Position numbers and translations under genes: made by a program. 64,000 nt of DNA from a virus (taxonomy: Duplodnaviria > Caudoviricetes): the IMG/VR virus record IMGVR_UViG_3300030330_004701, positions 80,966 through 144,965 of that record. One strand, given 5' to 3'. Under the pieces are notes generated by a model. The model was not told the origin of the DNA, searched no databases, and saw only the letters and a list, made by a program, of their open reading frames with translations. The first letter of the stretch is position 1. The number at the start of each line of letters is the position of its first letter. This document shows, one piece after another, positions 46,958-56,221 of the stretch.

Positions 46958-47902
46958 TTATCCCCTATTAATCATCCATTCTTTTACGCCAATCGGACTT
47001 TTACTGAACTTATATTGATTGATCCAGTCTTCTAGTTCTACTTTAGGTTTCCAGTCTAACAAATATCTGGCTTTGTTTATGTCAGCCAAAGTTACTCTAG
47101 CCTCACCGAGCCTCTCAGGTATATGAGTATACTTTACGCCAATCATTTTTGCAAGTTCTAAAACAGAATAGTTTTTGCCAGTACCAATATTAAAGGTTTG
47201 ACCCCATATGTTGGTAGCTTCACTGTTCATTGCTAAGATGTTAGCCTCAACAGCATCGGAGACATGCGTAAAGTCCCTTCTCTGTAGGCCGTCACCAACA
47301 ATGGTCATTGGTTCCCCTGATTCTACCTGACGCAAGAAGATACCAACAACAGGAGCGTACTGACCTTTAAGTGGCTGACGCTCTCCATACACATTGAAGT
47401 ATCGTAGTGTTAATGTCTTCAGCCCAAACAGTTTAGTATACATATCACAGAGTTGCTCGCCGCAAGTTTTTGTGACAGAATATGGGTTCAAACAATCGTT
47501 TGGCATGTCCTCAGTTAGTGGAGGAGTGTTGGATAAACCGTAGGCAGACGATGTAGACGAGTAGATCACACGCTCTACACCGTTCTCCCTAGCGGCCTGA
47601 AGTACGTTACATGTCCCAACCACGTTTGTTTGCGCAGACCTGATCGGGTTCTTGATGGCTGGCTGAATTCGAGCTTCAGCCGCAAGATGAAATACACAAT
47701 CAACGCCCTTGAACAAAGGATAGATATTACTGTAGTCACAAATGTCAAACTTATAATTGTCTGCCTTGTCATTCCAATAAAAATCTTCATTGCATGTTGC
47801 AGACTCATTGTCGATAACTACAACTTCATTTCCATCTTGCGCTAGTCTATCAACGAGATTGCTCCCGATAAAACCAGCACCACCAGTAACAATACACTTC
47901 AT
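46958..47902 (-). CDS. NAD-dependent nucleotide-sugar epimerase/dehydratase
   Basis: TGGAGFIGS, HLAA, YSVTK (YxxxK), RYFNVYG, RDFTHV. Confidence 0.92.
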   Translation of the reverse strand: MKCIVTGGAGFIGSNLVDRLAQDGNEVVVIDNESATCNEDFYWNDKADNYKFDICDYSNIYPLFKGVDCVFHLAAEARIQPAIKNPIRSAQTNVVGTCNVLQAARENGVERVIYSSTSSAYGLSNTPPLTEDMPNDCLNPYSVTKTCGEQLCDMYTKLFGLKTLTLRYFNVYGERQPLKGQYAPVVGIFLRQVESGEPMTIVGDGLQRRDFTHVSDAVEANILAMNSEATNIWGQTFNIGTGKNYSVLELAKMIGVKYTHIPERLGEARVTLADINKARYLLDWKPKVELEDWINQYKFSKSPIGVKEWMINRG

Positions 47903-47903
47903 A

Positions 47904-48776
47904 TTAAACTCCTACACCCTGTCCCTTCAGGACTGTTGATAAACGCTCAAGTCGAACACGAATGTCCTCTTTCCAAGCATCATTATACTTTACGACACTA
48001 ACATTATCAACTGTAGAACCTAAAACTTCAACCGATTTATCAAAGACATCTTCAAAGATTGCGACTACTTCATAGCGACAGGCTCGTAGCTTTTGAAATT
48101 TAGCATCGCTTGGGACACTGACAACATCCGCAGGATTGACTTTGCAGATTACGATTTGGTTTCCACCATCACTATCATTGTCGTCATGGCTATCCAAGTT
48201 GATGCCGCCATAGCTGGTAACATAGTCGATAGCTCCAACATGAAGACCTGCACTACAGTGTTTATTACGATTGCTATCAACCTTAGAGCGATCAACCTCA
48301 ACCACTTCGCCAACACTATTGTCAATCGAGCCACTGTAAATGTCTTTGAAGTCTGGACGTACAGCCTTGTAAGCCAAGAAGTGACCGTCTTGTGTAATCG
48401 GCAGATTCTTATTCTGCATGAAGTCAAACAATTCTAGGATAGATTTGTCTGATGGATTATCATTTAGATTGCACATGAAGTTCAGCATGGAATCAAAGTC
48501 AAAGCCTTCCTTCTTCATATCTAAGATGCGATCAGTAAATAGTTCTGGCATTGGAATCCCGTTCCAATTCAGTGTTCCATTCTTGACATGCACATAGCCA
48601 TCACAGAAATGTTCTACTGAAGATGCAACATCGTATGCCGCTTCAAAGTGTTCTACATTGCCACTCTTCAGATGACGAATGAGAGCATTGTAATTATGAT
48701 GGTTCTTGTCAAAAGTATATGCCTCGCCACCAACAAAAGCATTTACTACACCTGAATCACTAATGATATATTTCAT
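47904..48776 (-). CDS. rIIB: RIIB-like protein
   Basis: LPITQDGHFLAYKAV, CSAGLHVG, KVNPADVVSVP, KLRACRYEV. Confidence 0.85.
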   Translation of the reverse strand: MKYIISDSGVVNAFVGGEAYTFDKNHHNYNALIRHLKSGNVEHFEAAYDVASSVEHFCDGYVHVKNGTLNWNGIPMPELFTDRILDMKKEGFDFDSMLNFMCNLNDNPSDKSILELFDFMQNKNLPITQDGHFLAYKAVRPDFKDIYSGSIDNSVGEVVEVDRSKVDSNRNKHCSAGLHVGAIDYVTSYGGINLDSHDDNDSDGGNQIVICKVNPADVVSVPSDAKFQKLRACRYEVVAIFEDVFDKSVEVLGSTVDNVSVVKYNDAWKEDIRVRLERLSTVLKGQGVGV

Positions 48777-48777
48777 A

Positions 48778-50889
48778 TCACACCTCCATACTATCAATAT
48801 AACTTGCAATAACTTGTAACTGTTCGTCCGACATCCAGCCCGTAGCAAACTGTAACATCGGATACTTCTCTACTATACTATCATATAATTCGTCAGTATC
48901 AAGTGACTCACTTGAATTTTCTTCCAAATTATCTGCAAAATCTCTCCATACCTTCAGACGTTGGGCTGTTTCCTTCAATTTTGTCAACAAGTCCTGATCG
49001 ACGCTGTAGTCTGGGTGGAACAACTTAGAAAACTCGTAGAAGTCTCCACGACTACTCAGCAGTGGATGTAACTCTTGCAGTGTAGCTACGCGCCCTGTAT
49101 GTTCGTTGCCGATAGACCACTTTCCAGTGGATGAATTATGGAGCAACGTAAGATCTTTAGTCATGATGACAAGCTGACGCTTGATCTGGTTTTGAATATA
49201 TTCTAGTCCGTCTTGCCAGTTATCCCGCTCTTCGAGCTTCATGGTCTTGGCTTTGGATGGAGTTACATAGAATAACTTCTCACTTAGGTGACTCGTATCA
49301 ACACCAAGCGAATCCAAAACATTCAGAGCCGATTTGATATAACGAGTACCAACATTGTAACCTTTGATCTCCATGTCACCTCTGGTCTGGATAATATAGT
49401 AAGCATCCTCTTCTTTAACACCTACATTAAAAGTGCCTTCATACCAGTCATTGTAGCCTTCACCTTTAGACTTGTATAGGCCATCAAGACCAGCAACGTA
49501 TGATGAGCTAGATGTAGTCTTAGATACTTGCTTTGGAGGAGCAGGAAGAGTAGTCACGTTGGTGATGTACTCTGGCTCACAACCAAGACATTTAGCAACC
49601 TGTTCTAACTTGCCGTTAGGAATAAGATATACGATACCTTCATTTTCTTCTCTGAGTAAGTGTCTTATGCGAGCAACACTACCTGACTTCTTGTCCTGAT
49701 AGAAGACATGACCTTTGCCAGCACGGATGTGGTATACGTCCTCCCTTGAGCAAGTCTCACGCCATTTTGATTTGGTGTAACGTACAATCATTAGTCTTTC
49801 ATCATCATCTGTTTTTAGCTTTATGAATTCTGAACCATCTTCAAAAACCTTCTGGCCGTTGAACTCTATCTCAAACAGAACATCGTCTGCCAAGTCGCCA
49901 ATCCTACCAACAGTATCAAAGATTTCCATAGCTCTCCATCTTGCACTCCAAAGATTAGTGCAGGCAAGTATGTCCTCTTTGGCTTTTTCTCCAATGCTTT
50001 CTATGATACGATTGATGGCGTGGATAATATTATGTTTAGTTCTGCCAGTGTAAGAGATGGACTCACGAGAAGGAGTGATGTCAATGTCACCAATATTCAT
50101 GTACAAGCGGAGACTGCCAAGAGTTCGGAGCGCGCGCCAGATGTTGTCTGTCTCTTCACTCTGGAACTGCATGTCGTCAATAGGGTATGAAATTTGACCC
50201 ATGATAACATGGTTGCCAGAGCGTCTTTTAAGGACAGACCAGTTGTCACCACCAATCTTAACCTCTTCAGGCTTGTACTCAAGTTCGGCATTGATCTCTG
50301 GACGAACAGCAAAATGCTGAAAGATGGACTTGGCTTCACTCTCGAATTCCCAAATATCATTAGACTCTACGTTCATGCTGATCTGCATACCGTTAGGTTC
50401 ATCAGTAGGCTCTTCGTGTAGCAATGCAAACTCAGGAGAACCAGTTTCATTCATGTAAGAATTGAAAACGTAGCGAGTTCCGTTAAAGAAAGACTCAACC
50501 ATGAAGGAGTCAGTATAAGCAAAGGGAGACTTACTACCAAGACCTAAGCAACCAACAGCATCGTTGGAATCAGTCTTGTTGCTACCAAAATAAGTAGTAT
50601 AAAGATTAAAGCAGTCATCGTAACTAAGGCCTGTGCCAAAGTCACGCACGACAAATACCGGCTCCAGCTTTGTTGGAAGCTGAACACGGAACGGGGAATC
50701 AGGACAGCCTGCCGAGACATGAGCGTCATACGCATTAGTAGATAGCTCACGAATAACTGCTTTGATCTTATTCGAGTAAAGACCATCTGACAAGATAGAG
50801 AAGGCTTTTGCTGTAGCCTCAATCTTGTAGTTGGTTGACTGGAAGTCAGATGATCGCTGAATAGTGTTTTGATTAGTTTGTAATTTCAT
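48778..50889 (-). CDS. rIIA: RIIA-like protein (GHKL ATPase N-terminus)
   Basis: LYSNKIKAVIRELSTNAYDAH, RDFGTGL, GLGSKSPFAYTD, PSRE. Confidence 0.88.
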   Translation of the reverse strand: MKLQTNQNTIQRSSDFQSTNYKIEATAKAFSILSDGLYSNKIKAVIRELSTNAYDAHVSAGCPDSPFRVQLPTKLEPVFVVRDFGTGLSYDDCFNLYTTYFGSNKTDSNDAVGCLGLGSKSPFAYTDSFMVESFFNGTRYVFNSYMNETGSPEFALLHEEPTDEPNGMQISMNVESNDIWEFESEAKSIFQHFAVRPEINAELEYKPEEVKIGGDNWSVLKRRSGNHVIMGQISYPIDDMQFQSEETDNIWRALRTLGSLRLYMNIGDIDITPSRESISYTGRTKHNIIHAINRIIESIGEKAKEDILACTNLWSARWRAMEIFDTVGRIGDLADDVLFEIEFNGQKVFEDGSEFIKLKTDDDERLMIVRYTKSKWRETCSREDVYHIRAGKGHVFYQDKKSGSVARIRHLLREENEGIVYLIPNGKLEQVAKCLGCEPEYITNVTTLPAPPKQVSKTTSSSSYVAGLDGLYKSKGEGYNDWYEGTFNVGVKEEDAYYIIQTRGDMEIKGYNVGTRYIKSALNVLDSLGVDTSHLSEKLFYVTPSKAKTMKLEERDNWQDGLEYIQNQIKRQLVIMTKDLTLLHNSSTGKWSIGNEHTGRVATLQELHPLLSSRGDFYEFSKLFHPDYSVDQDLLTKLKETAQRLKVWRDFADNLEENSSESLDTDELYDSIVEKYPMLQFATGWMSDEQLQVIASYIDSMEV

Positions 50890-50934
50890 AATTTGAAACC
50901 CCTATAAACGTGTGATAAATCTGTTACGTGTTTT

Positions 50935-50962
50935 ATTGTAATATACTAATCGTCGTTTGCAA
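50935..50962 (-). promoter_or_regulatory. Promoter with GACGAT spacer motif
   Basis: TTGCAA-acGACGATtagtatat-TACAAT. Confidence 0.7.
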
Positions 50963-50964
50963 GA

Positions 50965-51174
50965 TTATTCTTGAATGATTTCTGAATTTTCTTTTGGTTT
51001 TCTGACAGTAGTTCTGAGCATCTTATTTCTTTCCTTCTCAAATTCCCTGTCAATGATCCATCGTTCTCGCTTTTCTTTGTCAGCGAAAAACTTTGCCTTC
51101 TTACGACGAGCCAGCTTTGCCTTGACTCTCTCTTGACGCTTCTTAGCTTTGCGTTGTTTTTGTTTATTATTCAT
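50965..51174 (-). CDS. Small highly basic protein
   Basis: Lys/Arg-rich. Confidence 0.5.
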   Translation of the reverse strand: MNNKQKQRKAKKRQERVKAKLARRKKAKFFADKEKRERWIIDREFEKERNKMLRTTVRKPKENSEIIQE

Positions 51175-51346
51175 AGTTCCTAGACAATCTCTTCTTGAGT
51201 TTGGTTCTTTCTTTGATTAGCTTACCTTGCTTTTTCAAAAGCTCTTTGGTATCTTTAGTAGTTATACTAGACTCAATCTTCACTTCCAACTCTTGTAGTG
51301 AATCATTGATTGTTTCTAATCTATTATATATTCTATCTTGGTTCAT
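51167..51346 (-). CDS. Small coiled-coil protein
   Basis: Start MNQDRIY after the terminator. Confidence 0.45.
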   Translation of the reverse strand: MNQDRIYNRLETINDSLQELEVKIESSITTKDTKELLKKQGKLIKERTKLKKRLSRNYE

Positions 51347-51350
51347 AATT

Positions 51351-51381
51351 AAAAGTCTGACGGGAGTTTCCTCCCGCCAGA
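51351..51381 (-). terminator. Intrinsic terminator after second ssb
   Basis: TCTGGCGGGAG-GAAA-CTCCCGTCAGA then CTTTT. Confidence 0.75.
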
Positions 51382-51391
51382 TTCTCACTGA

Positions 51392-51766
51392 TTAAAATAC
51401 GTCTTCAGTTGTTTCAGCAACGGAGGCGAAGCCTTGTTCCTGTTTTCGTGGCGCACGAACAATCTTGGCGATGTTCTCAGGTACTACTACCATCGAGAAC
51501 CGTTTGTTGCCATCATTATCCGTCCACGAACGATCTTGTAATCGACCTCGAACGCTGACCCGATCACCCTTAGAGAGTTCGACATTCTTACAGTAAGATG
51601 CCTGATAACCCCAAGCGTTGACATCAATATACAAAGTCTCTTCATAGTCTTTGCTGATTCGTTCGTTGATTGCCATACGGAATACGGCCAAGTCACGACT
51701 CTCATTGATCGTCTTGTGTTCTGGGTCTTTGGTGAGGTTTCCCTCGAAAGTTACAAAATTATTCAT
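51392..51766 (-). CDS. ssb: Single-stranded DNA-binding protein (second copy)
   Basis: EGNLTKDPE, IDVNAWG, KGDRVSVRGRL, acidic tail ending EDVF. Confidence 0.9.
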   Translation of the reverse strand: MNNFVTFEGNLTKDPEHKTINESRDLAVFRMAINERISKDYEETLYIDVNAWGYQASYCKNVELSKGDRVSVRGRLQDRSWTDNDGNKRFSMVVVPENIAKIVRAPRKQEQGFASVAETTEDVF

Positions 51767-51787
51767 CGTGTAATGCTCCTAAAAAAA

Positions 51788-51994
51788 TTAATATCCTCGT
51801 CGCTTCAATGCTTTGCGTGCAAGTCTGCGACCGTAAGTTACACCGTGAGTACGAAGAAGACTACGCACTTCTCCACTAGCTTCAGTGTTTGCAAAATTTG
51901 ACGTAAGTTCTCGACCGCTAGTTTCGCCTACTGCGAACTTTTTAACTGCCTTGACCTTAGTCTTGTTGGACAAAATAGTTGACCAATCAATCAT
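51788..51994 (-). CDS. Small basic protein
   Basis: SD GGAGG; own promoter. Confidence 0.55.
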   Translation of the reverse strand: MIDWSTILSNKTKVKAVKKFAVGETSGRELTSNFANTEASGEVRSLLRTHGVTYGRRLARKALKRRGY

Positions 51995-52031
51995 AATAAA
52001 AACCTCCATTAAAAAAACAATATACAAAAGT

Positions 52032-52060
52032 ATTATACAATACTCTTAAACTTTTTTCAA
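52032..52060 (-). promoter_or_regulatory. Sigma70-like promoter
   Basis: TTGAAA-17 nt-TATAAT. Confidence 0.65.
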
Positions 52061-52465
52061 CCTCTTTTTGGATTTTGCCCAAATTAATTTATGTGGCCGA
52101 CGATAATAGTTATCCATCATTCGCCACTTCTGAGCCTCACCCATGTAAACAAACTCTACAATAGAAGACTGTAAACCCTTATGGACTGTATAAGCAAGAA
52201 TACCATCATGCCTAACAGACTTTACAATTAGTTTACCGTATACTCCCATGTATGTTTTTTCTTTAGTTTCAGTGTTAAGCCAATAAGTTCCATGACCCTT
52301 CACTGATTTTATCTCGTCGCCAGCCTGTAGCTGAGTCCAGTCTTCGACTAATGATAACTTCTTTTTGAAGAACACATGTCCACAACTTTTACATGTAGAC
52401 GCTCTTGCATGGCATTTACCTGAACAAGAAGGGCAATCTTTTTGTGGTGCTTTTCTTTTAGCCAT
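52046..52465 (-). CDS. Hypothetical protein with N-terminal zinc ribbon
   Basis: CPSC...CKSCG. Confidence 0.55.
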   Translation of the reverse strand: MAKRKAPQKDCPSCSGKCHARASTCKSCGHVFFKKKLSLVEDWTQLQAGDEIKSVKGHGTYWLNTETKEKTYMGVYGKLIVKSVRHDGILAYTVHKGLQSSIVEFVYMGEAQKWRMMDNYYRRPHKLIWAKSKKRLKKV

Positions 52466-52472
52466 CGTGTAA

Positions 52473-52652
52473 TCAGTCCTTAAAATATGTTATATCACTT
52501 CTATAATTCGCATAGTCATCTCTTTGTTGGCGCATATACATTAGCTCGTAACACTCAGCACATCGGTACAGGTTGCCTTTGTTTGTTTTGACAACATACC
52601 AATCTGAAGTCTCTTCGCCACATACATGACATTCATTCTTCTCCTTTTCCAT
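52473..52652 (-). CDS. Small zinc-finger protein
   Basis: CHVCG...CAEC; SD AGGAGG. Confidence 0.55.
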   Translation of the reverse strand: MEKEKNECHVCGEETSDWYVVKTNKGNLYRCAECYELMYMRQQRDDYANYRSDITYFKD

Positions 52653-52766
52653 TCTTTCTCCTCCTATATACTTTCTGTTCCTCTCTGTACAGTAGGTAAA
52701 ATGCCAAACCTGCAACAGATAATTCAAGCACCCAAGCTAATAGTCCTGCATATACTGCTTGCATAT

Positions 52767-53018
52767 CTACACGGCCTCCACATAAATAGGTGTGCGTTCT
52801 CCAATATATGCTCCAAAAGTATTGTACTCAAGCCATTCCATAGCCTCATCGTGATCCACACTAAGGTCTTTTGCGGCTATCTCAATCATTTTTGGAATAG
52901 AGTAAGCAACCCTTCCTGAATCGAAGCCACCACAAACGCCAATAATAGCATCGTCATAGCCATCGGCAAACAGAAGATCATCGCTATAATATTCACACAG
53001 CTTTTCACGAATGTCCAT
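52767..53018 (-). CDS. Conserved hypothetical phage protein
   Basis: ADGYDDAIIG...EAMEWLEYN..GAYIG..TP motif recalled from phage hypotheticals. Confidence 0.6.
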   Translation of the reverse strand: MDIREKLCEYYSDDLLFADGYDDAIIGVCGGFDSGRVAYSIPKMIEIAAKDLSVDHDEAMEWLEYNTFGAYIGERTPIYVEAV

Positions 53019-53184
53019 GTCCCTTGAATCCTTCTTTCCATGTTTTTTTATCTTTGTCCCACCACGTTCGGTACTTGTTGGCTATTTGTTTAGTCTTCTC
53101 ATTAATCATTTTAATATGTTCTCTGAATTTTGCAAGTTCTTCTTCGTCAGTTTCTGGTTTTTTGAATCTTTTTTTCTTAGCCAT
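53005..53184 (-). CDS. Small basic protein (59 aa), absent from ORF track
   Basis: MAKKKRFKKPETDEEELAKFREHIKMINEKTKQIANKYRTWWDKDKKTWKEGFKGHGHS; overlaps both neighbours. Confidence 0.5.
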   Translation of the reverse strand: MAKKKRFKKPETDEEELAKFREHIKMINEKTKQIANKYRTWWDKDKKTWKEGFKGHGHS

Positions 53185-53812
53185 TGGGTTTATCTACTAT
53201 AATATCTAAGTCTGTCTTAATAATTGGCTTCCATTGCTCTCTACCATGTAACATATCGGTTCTTTCGGAATTACACTTTAGCCAAAAATCTAAATTTTTA
53301 ATATTAAAACCTTTTTCAGTATATCTATTAAGTCTGTTTATACATGTAGTGTGTCGGCCATTGCTTAAATTATAGTGATTGCCAGTGTAAACTAAGTCTT
53401 TGTTTTCATTATCATTAAAGAATGAATCGCAATAATAAAATTTAAGGTTTGAGTCTATCGCACATGAGTTCACGGTGAAATCAAAATACTTTATGCACAC
53501 CTGTGGAGAAAGGTCGTTAAGGTTTGGATAGTGCCAAAACTCCCAAGTATCCATTCTATGCGAGAGGAAAGCCTCAAGCATGTTGTATTTCTTTATACCA
53601 TCGAATCCATAATTTGCAACACAAAAATCTATAGCTTTCTGGCTTTCTTCTTTTGATCGGAAGAAAAGGTCTACATCTCTATAGTCTCTGTTAAATATAT
53701 TATCGGCAACACAACCACCAGCAATCCAAAAATAAATTCCAGAATCTTTAAGTAAGTCAAAATAGTTTTCTTTGAAATGCTGTCGGCACTTTTCTATCTG
53801 GAAGTTATACAT
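53177..53812 (-). CDS. Nucleotidyltransferase, poly(A) polymerase/CCA-adding head-like
   Basis: IAGGCVAD...RDVDLF and FDFTVN resemble class II NTase motifs. Confidence 0.65.
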   Translation of the reverse strand: MYNFQIEKCRQHFKENYFDLLKDSGIYFWIAGGCVADNIFNRDYRDVDLFFRSKEESQKAIDFCVANYGFDGIKKYNMLEAFLSHRMDTWEFWHYPNLNDLSPQVCIKYFDFTVNSCAIDSNLKFYYCDSFFNDNENKDLVYTGNHYNLSNGRHTTCINRLNRYTEKGFNIKNLDFWLKCNSERTDMLHGREQWKPIIKTDLDIIVDKPNG

Positions 53813-54257
53813 TTCTCACTTTGCTTTTTTGTATCAGTATGCTGGATGATTGAGTTTTTTCTCCACCAACATTGTATAGCATCGTGATGCCAAGCTCTTC
53901 TTCTAGTAGGTCTTCAGGAACGCCACCTGACTTCCTGTCACCTCCATTAGCAAATGCCATACCCAAGAAGAAAGGATCGTCTTGTAAACTATAGAACTCT
54001 TTTCGTATGCTCTGACACACGGTAGCATCTTCATCTATAGATATAACAGCCTTATCTACACACCGTAAAGACTTTACAATCCGAAGTCTTTCATCCTCAT
54101 CCATGAATGGATCACTGCCCTTCAGTGAAACTTGGTGGTCATTGTTTACTATAACTATTAAATAGTCACCTCTCTCCTTTGCAGACTCTAAATAGTCAAT
54201 ATGACCAGAGTGGATAGGATTAAAATAACCACTAACTACAACTACTCTTCCACTCAT
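53805..54257 (-). CDS. Cytidylyltransferase-like (HxGH) nucleotidyltransferase
   Basis: SGYFNPIHSGH, VNND, FANGGDR, KTQSSS. Confidence 0.85.
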   Translation of the reverse strand: MSGRVVVVSGYFNPIHSGHIDYLESAKERGDYLIVIVNNDHQVSLKGSDPFMDEDERLRIVKSLRCVDKAVISIDEDATVCQSIRKEFYSLQDDPFFLGMAFANGGDRKSGGVPEDLLEEELGITMLYNVGGEKTQSSSILIQKSKVRNV

Positions 54258-54466
54258 TTATAATAACCTTCCTTATCCATAGTTTCTAATTTTGGTTTTA
54301 CTGTATGTTTATAATAATACTTAAACTGTTTATATAAATCTTTTATTTGAGAAAATGCTTCTTCTTCAGTTATCTTTCCACCTTGCTCTAAATCACATAT
54401 GATTGACATGTGTATATTGAAAGCACGAAACGGATCACGATAATCTTTGAAAACTATTTCATCCAT
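54254..54466 (-). CDS. Small conserved hypothetical protein
   Basis: ICDLEQGGKITEEEAFSQIK. Confidence 0.5.
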   Translation of the reverse strand: MDEIVFKDYRDPFRAFNIHMSIICDLEQGGKITEEEAFSQIKDLYKQFKYYYKHTVKPKLETMDKEGYYK

Positions 54467-54617
54467 TTTTTAATTCTCTTATTTTTTGTCTTAGTTTACT
54501 GACAGTCTCTTCAAGTTCTCTCTGCTTCTTTAACTGTCTTTCGTATCTGAACTCCCATTTTCTTTCCATCCTTGCGAGTTCAGCATCAAATTGATTTTTA
54601 TATAAGTCTTCGCACAT

Positions 54618-54884
54618 TTATCTTCTCCGATTCCATTTATCTCTAGCTTGTACCCAATCATCAGCAGAGCCACTAGCTCCACCACAATCTTCGCACTCAT
54701 ACCAATAAAGGTTGATGGTTTGCATTGCTTCTGCCTGTGGGTGTCCACCACAAAATGGACACGGCAACATTGTATCTTCTGTGAACTCTACTACATCTAT
54801 ATCATGTTCGCCACACTTGATACACCAAATTGGCTTATTATCTACATCGACAATACGATTACAACACTTTAGTAAATATTTCAT
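54618..54884 (-). CDS. Lar-like (restriction alleviation) zinc-binding protein
   Basis: LPCPFCGG...CEDCG...WNRR. Confidence 0.6.
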   Translation of the reverse strand: MKYLLKCCNRIVDVDNKPIWCIKCGEHDIDVVEFTEDTMLPCPFCGGHPQAEAMQTINLYWYECEDCGGASGSADDWVQARDKWNRRR

Positions 54885-54906
54885 AAAAACCTGCACAGGC
54901 GATTGA

Positions 54907-55302
54907 TTAATTAATTGTAATTACTTTAGGTTGTTTTTCGTCTGGAATAATTTGCTCCAGAGTAACCGTAAGTAAACCGTCTTGAAAATCTGCTGAGATT
55001 ACCTCAACATATTCGGCCAAGCTAAAGCTAGTCTTAAACTTGCGTGTAGCAATGCCCCTGTGAAGATGTTGTTTATTTGCATTTTGGGGTTTGACAAAAC
55101 CTTCAATGAATAAAGTCGCATCTTCGACGACAACCTTTATGTCATCCTTGCTGTAGCCAGCTAACGCTACCTCAACAAGTGTTTTCTCTCCATCCTTAAT
55201 GACATTATAAGGTGGAAAGTTTTGTTTACCACTATTGAGGCGACGATGTAAATCCTCAAACCCAATAGCTCTATCAAAAAAGTGTTGCATTAAACTATTC
55301 AT
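54907..55302 (-). CDS. Small heat shock protein (Hsp20/IbpA-like)
   Basis: IGFE, FPPYNV, VALAGY, LHRGIA.RKF, DGLL. Confidence 0.92.
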   Translation of the reverse strand: MNSLMQHFFDRAIGFEDLHRRLNSGKQNFPPYNVIKDGEKTLVEVALAGYSKDDIKVVVEDATLFIEGFVKPQNANKQHLHRGIATRKFKTSFSLAEYVEVISADFQDGLLTVTLEQIIPDEKQPKVITIN

Positions 55303-55350
55303 ATTATTTCTCCTATATTAGCAAGAAATGTCACCCATTAGGCGTGACTG
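55300..55350 (-). promoter_or_regulatory. ROSE-like RNA thermometer
   Basis: GTCAC/GTGAC hairpin, then TTCTTGCT-AATAT-AGGAGAA: UYGCU with bulged G paired to the SD. Confidence 0.7.
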
Positions 55351-56080
55351 CCTGTGCAGGCTCTAGTTCAATCTCTCTTATCTTATCTATAACTGCCAGA
55401 ATATCTCTGGTCTGTGTCCAGTCTGCCACATGATACTTCTCATATGAGGCTTCAGCTATGGTATAATCATTACCTCCAAGATAGCAGTTGTCACCGAAGA
55501 ATATATTTTTACCTTCAAGGCATCCAAGAATCTGTGACTTGTCTTTGCCTTTGGGATAAATATCTATACTAATCTCTCCACCAATTACGGCATCGACCTC
55601 TTCAAAGTTCGATCTAATTATATCTGCAATGGTTTCACGTTCTAAGTTTTCTTTGTCCCATTCATAATAGTCGGCTCGTTGTTTATGTGTACACTCTCTA
55701 CCTATAGTAGATATATTAACCATGCCAACACGCTTCTCAATATTATTATCTGCTGTTCCATACCAACCACTTTGTTCTATCAATCCCGTAACAACCTTCT
55801 CTAGCTGGTCACACATTTTCCAGTCTGACTCGAAGATAAGCTCGCCCTTACAAAATAGTTGATTGCCAGAGTTCTGGTAAGAGCCATCAACTAGCATCCA
55901 TAAGTCTTTACCAACCTGTTCGATTGTTTTATCTTTGTCAGAACCAGTAATGAAGTATACTTTGTTGCCGGAAGATTGTTGAGTGTTTATCCAAAACTTA
56001 AAATACTTTTTGAAATCTTCAACTATCGGCTTTCGTGATGGAGTAAGAGTTCCATCTACATCGAATAAATAATTAATCAT
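55331..56080 (-). CDS. HAD-IIB hydrolase, eukaryote-type phosphomannomutase-like
   Basis: FDVDGTLT, GSD, RVGMVNIS.IGR, GGEISID, FFGD, GGND. Confidence 0.8.
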   Translation of the reverse strand: MINYLFDVDGTLTPSRKPIVEDFKKYFKFWINTQQSSGNKVYFITGSDKDKTIEQVGKDLWMLVDGSYQNSGNQLFCKGELIFESDWKMCDQLEKVVTGLIEQSGWYGTADNNIEKRVGMVNISTIGRECTHKQRADYYEWDKENLERETIADIIRSNFEEVDAVIGGEISIDIYPKGKDKSQILGCLEGKNIFFGDNCYLGGNDYTIAEASYEKYHVADWTQTRDILAVIDKIREIELEPAQAVTPNG

Positions 56081-56096
56081 ATGTGGTTCCTTATAG

Positions 56097-56168
56097 TGAC
56101 CTGTACGGGAATCGAACCCGTGTTGCCAGCGTGAAAAGCTGGAGTCCTAACCCCTAGACGAACAGGCC
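56097..56168 (-). tRNA. tRNA-Glu (anticodon UUC)
   Basis: GGCCTGT/ACAGGTC acceptor; CCAGC-TTTTCAC-GCTGG anticodon arm; GGTTCGATTCCC T-arm; CCA not encoded. Confidence 0.93.
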
Positions 56169-56221
56169 AGAGAGGATGAACGGACTATAAAACTTTGCAC
56201 AATTTCAATCGTCTAACATAA

